29,603 nt of DNA from positions 1 through 29,603 of the forward strand of contig JAYENL010000199.1 of the NCBI GenBank assembly GCA_034722055.1. The letters run 5' to 3'. Positions 7,925 through 15,652 of the stretch are shown here, in pieces. This DNA comes from Armatimonadota bacterium (lineage in GTDB: Bacteria > Armatimonadota > Zipacnadia > Zipacnadales > UBA5352). Each line of letters starts with the position of its first letter. Position 1 is the stretch's first letter. The notes under the pieces are model-generated. The model was not told the DNA's origin, ran no database searches, and saw only the letters and a list, made by a program, of their open reading frames with translations. The position numbers and the translations under genes were made by a program.

Positions 7925-8024
7925 GGCGTCAGCTCCTCCTGATTGCGTCCGGTTGCAGGCCTATTGCTCGGTCGCAGAAGTTCGCGTCCCCTCCGGCGTC
8001 ACGACAGCACGCTCGCGTCCACCA

Positions 8025-8242
8025 TGGAGGGGCCGCCGCGAGCGAAGCGAGCGGTGAGCGGTGCGTTCTGTAACGCAGCGCTCAGGTTCCACCCCGGCCC
8101 ACGCGGTAAGTATCGCAGGCGCCCTCGCGTGCACCTCGTTTGGGCTCTGGGCACAGCTACGTCTTGGGCCGGGGTGGAACCTTCGGCGTGCTCGCTGCCC
8201 CCACACGCCTCACCGGGCGCTCCGCGCCCGGCGGCCCCTCCA
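8025..8242. repeat. Nested inverted-repeat element (REPIN/MITE-like)
   Basis: Outer perfect 14-bp IR TGGAGGGGCCGCCG (8025-8038 / 8229-8242) extending imperfectly to about 40 nt; inner perfect 18-bp IR AGGTTCCACCCCGGCCCA (8084-8101 / 8165-8182). Confidence 0.75.
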
Positions 8243-8341
8243 CCTGAATGCTGACCATCGTCGCGACAGCGAAGCTTGCGGACTGCACTTGTGGTCAACA
8301 TGCGAGAACCTGCGCAATTGACCGCTCCGCGAGCCATCTCG

Positions 8342-9334
8342 TCAGATCTGCGGGACGGGCATGTCGCGCTCGCCGGTATCGGCGGCCCTCTGTGCGGCCA
8401 GCACGGCCATCTGTGAGCGGAAGACCTCCTCGGTGGGGAGGAAGCGCTCGGTGCCATGCTCCAGGTGTGACGCCAGGTCCTCGAACGGCGACGCCGACGG
8501 CTGGTCGGCCTGGGGCTGGATGTGGCGCTCCTCGCCGCCCTCGGGACTGAGCAGCATGCGGTCGTGGTCCACAGCCAGGTAGGCCTCGGATCCGGTGAGG
8601 AAGAACTGCCAGCCGCGGCCGGGCATGTACGAGACGTCCGCGAGCACGTGGGGGCCGCCCTGCATGGCCAGCATGCACTGGGCGCCGACCTGGAAGAAGG
8701 GCACCTCGGGCAGCGATGCGTTCCAGGCCTCGGCGGCGACGACGGTCTCGAACTCCAGGCCGGTGCAGTAGCGGAGCATGTCCGCCCCGTGGATGAAGAT
8801 GTCGTTGATGGTGCCGCCGTGCTTGCCCTCCTCGAAGTACCAGCCGGGGCGGGTGTCCGGGTAGCCCAGGGGGTGCTGGCCGAAGACGCTGGCGGCCAGG
8901 AACTGCCCCAGCTCGCCGTCCTGAACGATGCGGCGCATGGTCTGATAGACGGGGCTGAAGCGCATGGAGAGCTGCATGGCGACCTGAAGGTCGCTCTCCT
9001 CAGCGAGGCGCTTGATCTCCCGCAGCTCGTCGATCTCGGTGCACAGGGGCTTATCGGAGATGACGTGTGCGCCGCTCTGGAGGCCCTTGATCACCACCGA
9101 GCCGCGCCTGGCGTAGTACTCGGCGGTGGCGAGCAGATCGACCTCGACGTCGTCGAGCATCTCGTCAACGGTGGCGTGGGTGCGCTCCAGGTCGGCGCGC
9201 TGCAGGTACTGGAGGTCGTCATCGGACTCCTCGACGACGCCGACGATCTCGCAGTAGTCGAGGTTGCGGGCGGCGTTGACGAACGAGAGGACGTGGCCGT
9301 GCCGGAAGCCTGCAAAGGCAACACGCAGAGGCAT
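8342..9334 (-). CDS. Gfo/Idh/MocA family oxidoreductase
   Basis: LRVAFAGFRHGH, AHVISDKPLC, GGTINDIFIHGAD. Start MPLRV at 9334 after an AAGGGAG RBS. Confidence 0.88.
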   Translation of the reverse strand: MPLRVAFAGFRHGHVLSFVNAARNLDYCEIVGVVEESDDDLQYLQRADLERTHATVDEMLDDVEVDLLATAEYYARRGSVVIKGLQSGAHVISDKPLCTEIDELREIKRLAEESDLQVAMQLSMRFSPVYQTMRRIVQDGELGQFLAASVFGQHPLGYPDTRPGWYFEEGKHGGTINDIFIHGADMLRYCTGLEFETVVAAEAWNASLPEVPFFQVGAQCMLAMQGGPHVLADVSYMPGRGWQFFLTGSEAYLAVDHDRMLLSPEGGEERHIQPQADQPSASPFEDLASHLEHGTERFLPTEEVFRSQMAVLAAQRAADTGERDMPVPQI

Positions 9335-9379
9335 CTGGGGTATCTCCCTTCGGCGGACTGGTCTTCGGTCGGCGACGAG

Positions 9380-9405
9380 CTTCGCCTGAGCGGCGCCGGT
9401 CACCT
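9380..9405 (-). promoter_or_regulatory. Putative sigmaH-like promoter (AGG-N16-GGCGAAG)
   Basis: Minus strand AGG (9405-9403), 16 nt, GGCGAA (9386-9381), about 46 nt upstream of the start codon. Confidence 0.5.
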
Positions 9406-9528
9406 GCCCCGCTGCCCGCTGACGGCCAGCGTCTCCAGCACCGCGGGGGCGACGGCGCCATCAGGTCGGGAGCGCGTGTTGACGCCAGGCCGGACCTCCC
9501 GGGATGGCGCAGACGATCCAACACGGGC

Positions 9529-10296
9529 TCAGTTCCTGAGCTCCCAGGCGAAGCCGTAGACGTCCGGGTGGCGCTCATCGAGCATCGGGGCATCGTCGGC
9601 CTCGGAGAGGTCGATGGTGCACAGCAGGAACGGGCTGGCGCCGACCAGGTGCGCGAAGATGTCGCCCTCGGGGTTGGTGACGAGGCTCTCCTCGGGGTGC
9701 GTGAAGCAGATCCAGCAGGTGTTCTCGTAGGAGCGCGTCCGCAGCCACAGGGCGTTGCGGGGGCCCTTCATGCCGTAGGTGGGCATGAGGATGATGCGAG
9801 CTCCCATCAGGCGCAGGGATCGGATGATCTCCGGCCAGCGCCGGTCGGCGCAGATGGCGATGGCCACGGTGCCGAAGTCGGTCTCGAAGACCGGCAGCGA
9901 GGTCCCGTGGCGGTAGCGCTCGTGGGCCTGGACCTTGTCGTAGCGGCCGACGAGCCGGCCGTCGGGTGCAATGAGATGAGCGGTGTTGTAGAAGCCGTCG
10001 GCCCGGCGCTCCGACAGCCCCGCCACCAGCCAGACCCCGCACTCGGCGGCGACCTCCCTCAGGCGCGTGGCGCGCCGGCCATCCGGGCCCGGCTCGCAGA
10101 CCTGTGCGAAGCGCTCCTCAGTCCAGTCCTCCTCGTGGACGACGTATCCGTCCACGAAGCTCTCCGGGGTGATGACCAGATCGGCGCCCGCATCGGCGAC
10201 GCGCGGGATCAGGTGCCCCAGCGCCGCCATGTTCGCCTCCGGCTGCCACTTCTCAGGGATGACCTTGATCATCCCCACGGTCACGGTGTTCATCAC
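9529..10296 (-). CDS. Carbon-nitrogen hydrolase (nitrilase superfamily), cytoplasmic
   Basis: TPES, FYNTAHLI, YDKV, VFETDFG, ICADRRWPE (E-K-C triad). Start overlaps the stop of the GNAT gene. Confidence 0.88.
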   Translation of the reverse strand: MMNTVTVGMIKVIPEKWQPEANMAALGHLIPRVADAGADLVITPESFVDGYVVHEEDWTEERFAQVCEPGPDGRRATRLREVAAECGVWLVAGLSERRADGFYNTAHLIAPDGRLVGRYDKVQAHERYRHGTSLPVFETDFGTVAIAICADRRWPEIIRSLRLMGARIILMPTYGMKGPRNALWLRTRSYENTCWICFTHPEESLVTNPEGDIFAHLVGASPFLLCTIDLSEADDAPMLDERHPDVYGFAWELRN

Positions 10297-10679
10297 TGTC
10301 TCCCCAGTGCCTGCTCGAAGACGGTGTAGCCGGTCTCGGTCATGCCCACCCGCTCATAGGCCGTGCGGGCGGGGTGATTGGCGCGGTGCACATAGAGGCG
10401 CAGGGCCGCGACGGAGCGGGCTCGCGCGCGGCAGAGGATGTGACGATAGATGGCCGCGAAGACGCCCCGGCGGCGCCACCGGGGGCGGACGTAGACGCTC
10501 TGCAGCCACCAGTACTGGCAGCAGTTCCAGTCGCTCCACTCGGTGGTCACCAGCGCCTGGCCGACGAGGCCCTCATCCGCCTCGGCCACGTAGTAGACGC
10601 CCCTGGCGCGATCCTGCCCGTACACGGAGGCGCCCCCGCGTGGCGCGGGGGCGCCGTGGCCGTCGGTGAGCGGCGTCAC
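10293..10679 (-). CDS. GNAT family N-acetyltransferase, apparently 5'-truncated
   Basis: YYVAE...TTEWSDW...WWLQSVYVRPRWRRRGVF...LRLYV...N..AR..YERVGM. The usual first strand and helices are missing, and the first ~20 codons are a GC hairpin. Confidence 0.7.
   Translation of the reverse strand: MTPLTDGHGAPAPRGGASVYGQDRARGVYYVAEADEGLVGQALVTTEWSDWNCCQYWWLQSVYVRPRWRRRGVFAAIYRHILCRARARSVAALRLYVHRANHPARTAYERVGMTETGYTVFEQALGRQ
10629..10655 (-). terminator. Perfect 12-bp GC hairpin just after the dehydrogenase stop (terminator-like or stabilising stem, no U-tract)
   Basis: GGCGCCCCCGCG-TGG-CGCGGGGGCGCC. Confidence 0.4.
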
Positions 10680-11653
10680 GCCTCGAGGCCCTCGGCATTG
10701 ACCGGCGTGGGCGGCTGCTCTCCGGCGAAGAATGCCAGGAGGTTGTCCACCGCCAGGTCGGCCATGGCGGTGCGGGTCTCGATGCTGGCGCTGCCGAGGT
10801 GGGGCAGAAGGACCACGTTGTCGAGCTCCGCCAGCCCCGGCTTCATCTCCGGCTCGTCCTCATAGACGTCGAGCCCGGCGCCGGCGATGGTGCCGTTGCG
10901 CAGCGCCTCGACCAGCGCGACCTCGTCCACCACCGGTCCGCGCGAGGCGTTGATGAGATAGCCGTTCTCACCGATCAGCTCCAGCTCGCGCTCCCCGATC
11001 ATGTGATGCGTCTCATCGGTCAGGGGTACGTGCAGCGTCACAATGTCGGAGCGGCGCAGCACCTCACGGGTCGGCACCTCGTCGGCGTCGAGGAGGTGCT
11101 CGGCGACCTCTGAGAGGTCGAAGAACATGTCCTGGTAGAGGATCTCCATGTCGAAGCCGATGGCGCGGCGCGCCACGGCCTGGCCGATGTTGCCCATGCC
11201 GATGATGCCCAGGGTCTTGCCGTAGACGTCGGAGCCGAGCAGCAGCATGGGCGCCCAGCCATCGTACTTGCCCGCGCGCATGAAACGGTCGCCCTCGACG
11301 ACGCGGCGGGTAACCGCCATGATCAGGGCCCAGGTGAGGTCTGCGGTGGTCTCAGAGAGCACCCCGGGCGTGTTGGTGACGAGAATGCCGCGTTCGGTGG
11401 CGGCCTCGACGTCGATGTTGTTGAAGCCGACCGCGTAGTTGGCGATGATCTCCAGATTGGGGGCGGCGTCCATGATCTCCGCGTCGATCTCGTCGGTGAG
11501 CAGACACAGCAGCCCGTCGATGTCGGTAACCGCCTCAAGCAGCTCATCGCGCTCGAGGACGCGGTCGTGTGGGCTGACGGACCACTCGACCTCGCCCTCC
11601 AGGCTCTCCAGAGCAGCCTGCGGGAGTTGTCTGGTTACGTAGACACTCTTCAC
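10676..11653 (-). CDS. D-glycerate dehydrogenase / glyoxylate reductase (D-2-hydroxyacid dehydrogenase family)
   Basis: ANYAVGFNNID, TNTPGVLSETTAD, GIIGMGNIG, INASRGPVVDE, GLDVYEDEP, PHLGSA. Likely GTG start at 11653 after GAGAGAAGG. Confidence 0.9.
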   Translation of the reverse strand: MKSVYVTRQLPQAALESLEGEVEWSVSPHDRVLERDELLEAVTDIDGLLCLLTDEIDAEIMDAAPNLEIIANYAVGFNNIDVEAATERGILVTNTPGVLSETTADLTWALIMAVTRRVVEGDRFMRAGKYDGWAPMLLLGSDVYGKTLGIIGMGNIGQAVARRAIGFDMEILYQDMFFDLSEVAEHLLDADEVPTREVLRRSDIVTLHVPLTDETHHMIGERELELIGENGYLINASRGPVVDEVALVEALRNGTIAGAGLDVYEDEPEMKPGLAELDNVVLLPHLGSASIETRTAMADLAVDNLLAFFAGEQPPTPVNAEGLEA

Positions 11654-11689
11654 GTGCGTCACACCTTCTCTCTCGTGCTTGTGCGTGTT

Positions 11690-11802
11690 GGGGGGAGGGG
11701 ACACCGTGGCTACACCCCACCATGCCCGGCCGCAGCCCATCACGGCGGGCCTGGCATCGTGTGCCCGACCGGACTGCGGGCGCAATCCGGTTGCTCCCCC
11801 CC
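11690..11802 (-). ncRNA. Candidate structured leader or small RNA, family unassigned
   Basis: Closing stem GGGGGGAG/CTCCCCCC enclosing the hairpin ACCGGATTGCG/CGCAGTCCGGT and nested stems GGGCAC/GTGTCC and ATGCC/GGCAT. Confidence 0.35.
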
Positions 11803-11854
11803 TATAAGCTGTTTGACGCCCGACGCCGGACACCTGCCCGGATGTTGCGGGCCG

Positions 11855-12706
11855 CTATCGCCGGATGACGGCGGAGTAGTAGCCCACGACCTGCTCGGCG
11901 GGCATGACGTCGCCGGAGGTGGAGTAGGCCAGGGACTCGACCTCCGTGGCGCCCAGGGCGGTGGCGGCGATGATGGTGGCCGCCACAGGGCCCACGCCGC
12001 ACATGGAGATGCCGCGGGACTGGCGCTCTCTGACCAGCCCCTCGGCGTCCAGGGCCTCGATGCGCTGGATGAGCAGGTTGTCCTTACGCTTGGCACTGCT
12101 GGCCTGCTCGTAGTGGGTCATGTCAGTGCTGGCGATGATGACCGCATCGAGGTCAGCCAGGGCGTTGGCCAGGGCCCTGCCGACCGCCCGGGCGGAGTCC
12201 AGGTCCTGATCGCTCATCATCACGGGGACGAACATGAGGTGCTCCTCGTAGAGGTACTGGAGGAAGGGGAGTTGGACCTCGAGGCTGTGCTCCATGGCCA
12301 TGTCCTGGGGATCGAAGGAGAAATCCGGCAGCCGCCCCGCGATCTCCCCGGCCACCTCCTCGGCGATCGGCACGGTGCCCAGTGGCGTCTCCCAGGCGCC
12401 GGAGGTCTGGACCGCTGAGGAGAGGCCCCCGCGGCCGTGATTGAGGCCGACGACGACAAACACGTCCGGCATGCCGTCGGCGGCCAGGGCATCGTAGCCG
12501 TGGGCGGCGGTGGCCCCCGAGAACACGTAGCCGGCGTGGGGGCTGATCACCCCCAGGATGCGGCGGGGGCCCTCGTCGCGGACCTCCGGCAGCGCTCCGG
12601 GCCCCAGCCGGTGGGTGAAGCACTCCTCGATCTGCCGCATCAACTCCGTGGACGTGCCTGCGTAGAACTGGCCGGCCACAACGGGCCTGCGAACCTCTTC
12701 AGGCAT
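11855..12706 (-). CDS. amrB: AmmeMemoRadiSam system protein B (MEMO1 family)
   Basis: RRPVVAGQFY, SPHAGYVFSG, WETPLG, EHSLEVQLPFLQ, ASTDMTHYE, SMCG, VVGY; AGGAGG RBS. Confidence 0.92.
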   Translation of the reverse strand: MPEEVRRPVVAGQFYAGTSTELMRQIEECFTHRLGPGALPEVRDEGPRRILGVISPHAGYVFSGATAAHGYDALAADGMPDVFVVVGLNHGRGGLSSAVQTSGAWETPLGTVPIAEEVAGEIAGRLPDFSFDPQDMAMEHSLEVQLPFLQYLYEEHLMFVPVMMSDQDLDSARAVGRALANALADLDAVIIASTDMTHYEQASSAKRKDNLLIQRIEALDAEGLVRERQSRGISMCGVGPVAATIIAATALGATEVESLAYSTSGDVMPAEQVVGYYSAVIRR

Positions 12707-12721
12707 GGCGGCACCTCCTGG

Positions 12722-14434
12722 CTACGCGTCCTCGAGCATCCTCTGAACGGGCTCGACGGCCTGGTCGATCTCAACGAGCTCCTCGTGGCCGTCGGCCCGA
12801 CGCCGCAGCTCGACCTTGCCCTCCTGGCGCGTGACGCGCCCGATGACGGCTCTGACCGGATAGCCGATGAGGTCGGCCTCGGCGAACTTGATGCCCGGGC
12901 TGGCGTCGCGCTCGTCGTAGAGCACCTCGAGCCCGGCGTCGGTGAGGTCAGTGTAGAGATTGTCCGCGATGGTCCGAAGGTCCTCGTCATCGGGCGAAAG
13001 CAGAAGGATGGCGACCTCGAAGGGAGCGCACTCTCGAGGCCAGATGATCCCGTCATCGTCGTGGGACTGCTCGACCAGGCCGGCCACGATGCGGGAGACT
13101 CCCACGCCGTAGCAGCCCATGATGGCCACCTGCTCGTTGCCATCGGCGTCCTGGAAGGTGGCGTCGAGCGCCTGGGAGTACTTGGTGCCCAACTTGAAGA
13201 CGTGGGCCAGCTCGATGCAGCGGCGGGCCTGGAGCGTGCCACCTTCGCAGTGGGCGCAGCGGTCACCGTGGCAGGCCTCGCGCAGATCGGTGTACTCATC
13301 GACCTCGAAGTCCACGCCGACGTTGACGCCCATGAGGTGCGCGTCGTCCCGGTTGGCGCCGGTGACGAAGTGGCGCATGGCGCCGACCTCGTGGTCGGCG
13401 ATGATGCGCACCTGCTCAGGCAGCCCCACCGGCCCCGCGAAGCCCACCCGAGCGCCGGTGAGCTCCATGACCTCCGCATCATCGGCCATGCGCAGCTCGT
13501 CGCCCTCCACGGCGCGGGCGAGCTTGAACTCGTTGAGCGAGCGGTCGCCGCGGATCAGAGCCGCCACGAAGCCGGCGTCGGTGCGGTACAGGAGGGTCTT
13601 GACCAGGCGGTCGGCCGACACGTCCAGCATCTGTGTGACCTGCTCGACGGTGGTGGCGTCGGGGGTCTGCACCAGCTCCCGCCGGCCGTCCTCGGGCGGG
13701 GCGAGGGCCTCGGGCGGCCGGGCGGTGGCGCACTCGGCGTTGGAGGCGTAGCCGCAGGAGTCGCACATGAAGACGGTGTCCTCGCCCGAGTCCGAGAGCA
13801 GCATGAACTCCCGGGTGTCCGTGCCCCCGATGGAGCCGGCCTCCGCCTGCACCACCACCACCGGCAGGTTGAGGCGCTCGAAGATGCGCAGGTAGGCGTC
13901 GTACATGGCATCGTAGGCCTCGTCGAGATCCTGCTGGGAGCGCCCGAAGCTGTAGGCGTCCTTCATGATGAACTCCTTGCAGCGGATCAGCCCGCCGCGG
14001 GGCCGGAGCTCATCGCGGAACTTCACCTGGATCTGGTACAGGGTCACGGGAAGGTCGCGGTAGGAGTCCAGGTCCATGGCCACCAGGTCACTGATGACCT
14101 CCTCGTGAGTGGGCCCCAGGCAGAACCACCGCTCGGCGCGGTCCTGGGTGCGCAGGGGCGTGGGCTGGAAGGTGTCCCAGCGATCGGACCGCTCCCACAG
14201 CTCCCTGGGGTGCAGCACAGACAGGAGGACCTCATGGGCGCCGGCGCGGTTCATCTCCTCGCGGACGATCTGCTCGACCCTCGACAGCACCCGCTGACCG
14301 AGCGGCAGGTAGGTGAAGATGCCCGCCGACAGCGGGCGGATGAAGCCGCCCCTCAGCAGCAGGCGGTGGCTGGGGATCTCAGCCTCGCTGGGCGCCTCTC
14401 TGAGGGTGGGGAAGTAGTACTGTGATGCGCGCAC
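12722..14434 (-). CDS. proS: Proline--tRNA ligase (bacterial type with editing insertion)
   Basis: PTLRE..SHRLLLRGG, LGPTHEEVI, KFRDELRPRGGLIR, IELAHVFKLGTKYS, MGCYGVGVSR. GTG start at 14434 after AGGAGG. Confidence 0.96.
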   Translation of the reverse strand: MRASQYYFPTLREAPSEAEIPSHRLLLRGGFIRPLSAGIFTYLPLGQRVLSRVEQIVREEMNRAGAHEVLLSVLHPRELWERSDRWDTFQPTPLRTQDRAERWFCLGPTHEEVISDLVAMDLDSYRDLPVTLYQIQVKFRDELRPRGGLIRCKEFIMKDAYSFGRSQQDLDEAYDAMYDAYLRIFERLNLPVVVVQAEAGSIGGTDTREFMLLSDSGEDTVFMCDSCGYASNAECATARPPEALAPPEDGRRELVQTPDATTVEQVTQMLDVSADRLVKTLLYRTDAGFVAALIRGDRSLNEFKLARAVEGDELRMADDAEVMELTGARVGFAGPVGLPEQVRIIADHEVGAMRHFVTGANRDDAHLMGVNVGVDFEVDEYTDLREACHGDRCAHCEGGTLQARRCIELAHVFKLGTKYSQALDATFQDADGNEQVAIMGCYGVGVSRIVAGLVEQSHDDDGIIWPRECAPFEVAILLLSPDDEDLRTIADNLYTDLTDAGLEVLYDERDASPGIKFAEADLIGYPVRAVIGRVTRQEGKVELRRRADGHEELVEIDQAVEPVQRMLEDA

Positions 14435-14480
14435 GACGATCCTCCTCAGAAGCTGTTTCACAACCCACCGGAACGGCCCT

Positions 14481-14504
14481 GTCGGGCAGGGATGCCCGAC
14501 CTGC
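14481..14504 (-). repeat. REP-like hairpin between ispG and proS
   Basis: Minus strand GCAG-GTCGGGCA-TCCC-TGCCCGAC; same architecture as the unit at 316-339. Confidence 0.45.
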
Positions 14505-14524
14505 GCGGGGTCGTGAGACAGGCT

Positions 14525-15652
14525 CTAGTGTCGGACGTCCCGATTCTGCATGGCCGCGGCGACGCGCCGGGCCTCCCGCATAAGCTCGTCCACGGCCCGG
14601 TCGATGGGGACGGTGCGAAGCTGCTCGCCGCGGGCGAAGATGACGGCCCTGCCGCGGCCGGCGGCCAGGCCCACGTCGGCCTGCCGGGCCTCGCCGGGCC
14701 CGTTGACCTCGCAGCCCATGACGGCGACCGTCAGGGGCGCGTCGAGCTGCCGCAGGGCCGCGGCGGCCTCCCGGGCCAGCGGCGCCAGGTCCACGCTACA
14801 GCGGCCGCAGGTGGGGCAGGAGATCAGCCACGGACCCTGGCGCAGCCCCAATGACCGCAGGAGCAAGATGCCCACCTGCACCTCGTCCTCCGGCGGGTCA
14901 GTCATGGACACGCGGATGGTGTCGCCGATGCCCTCGGCCAGCAGTATCCCCAGGCCGGCCGCCGACTTGACCGCCGCTGCACAGCCGAAGCCGGCCTCGG
15001 TGATCCCCAGGTGCAGGGGCAGATCACTATGGCCGGCGAACTGGCGGTTCGCCGCCACCGTCATGGGGACCTCCGCGGCCTTGATCGACACCACCAGGTC
15101 GTCGAAGCCCAGCCGGCGCATGCGCCCCACCGTGCGCCGGGCGCTCTCGGCAAGGGCCTCCGCCGTCACCCCGCCGTGGGCCTGGAGGAGATCGCGCTCC
15201 AGAGATCCGGAGTTGACGCCCACGCGGATGGGGATGCCGGCGGTGGAGGCTGCGGCGGCGACCTGCTCGAGCCGCTCATCGTCGCCGATGTTGCCGGGGT
15301 TGATGCGCAGCTTGGCGGCACCGGCGTGGGCGCAGGCGACGGCGATGCGGTGATCGAAGTGCACGTCGGCGATAAGCGGGACGGCCGCCTCGGCGGCCAG
15401 CTCGGCGAAGGCATCCACGGCCTCACGGGACGGCACCGCCACCCGGACGAGATCGGCACCGGCCTCGGCGGCCCGCTCGATCTGCGCGAGAGTGGCCCCC
15501 ACGTCGCGGGTGTGAGTCTTGGTCATGGTCTGCACGCTGACGGGCGCGCCGCCCCCGATCTGAACGTCGCCGACCATGACCGGGCGAGTGTGTCGGCGGG
15601 GCCAGGGGGAATCCTCGGAGCCGTCGTCAGCAGTCATGACCGCACGCCTCAC
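14525..15652 (-). CDS. ispG: (E)-4-hydroxy-3-methylbut-2-enyl-diphosphate synthase
   Basis: IGGGAPVSVQTMT, ADVHFD, RINPGNIG, IRVGVNSGSL, PLHLGITEAG, GIGDTIRVS, SCPTCGR, MGCEVNGPGE. Start may be the ATG at 15637. Confidence 0.96.
   Translation of the reverse strand: MRRAVMTADDGSEDSPWPRRHTRPVMVGDVQIGGGAPVSVQTMTKTHTRDVGATLAQIERAAEAGADLVRVAVPSREAVDAFAELAAEAAVPLIADVHFDHRIAVACAHAGAAKLRINPGNIGDDERLEQVAAAASTAGIPIRVGVNSGSLERDLLQAHGGVTAEALAESARRTVGRMRRLGFDDLVVSIKAAEVPMTVAANRQFAGHSDLPLHLGITEAGFGCAAAVKSAAGLGILLAEGIGDTIRVSMTDPPEDEVQVGILLLRSLGLRQGPWLISCPTCGRCSVDLAPLAREAAAALRQLDAPLTVAVMGCEVNGPGEARQADVGLAAGRGRAVIFARGEQLRTVPIDRAVDELMREARRVAAAMQNRDVRH

Noticed and set aside
8084..8182. tRNA-like element
   Set aside because: No cloverleaf, T-loop (GTTCRA) or CCA end; it is a simple long inverted repeat.
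11690..11802. Possible SRP (4.5S) RNA, given its length and GCCAGGCCC...GGG
   Set aside because: It lacks the GNRA tetraloop and the AGCA(G) strand of the conserved SRP helix; kept only as an unassigned structured RNA.
12437..14425. Long antisense ORFs (also 548-1690, 6479-7942, 16874-18643, 20854-22470, 23566-25305, 25408-27291, 27380-29503)
   Set aside because: They are shadows of well-supported genes on the opposite strand, expected in high-GC DNA, and have no recognisable motifs.
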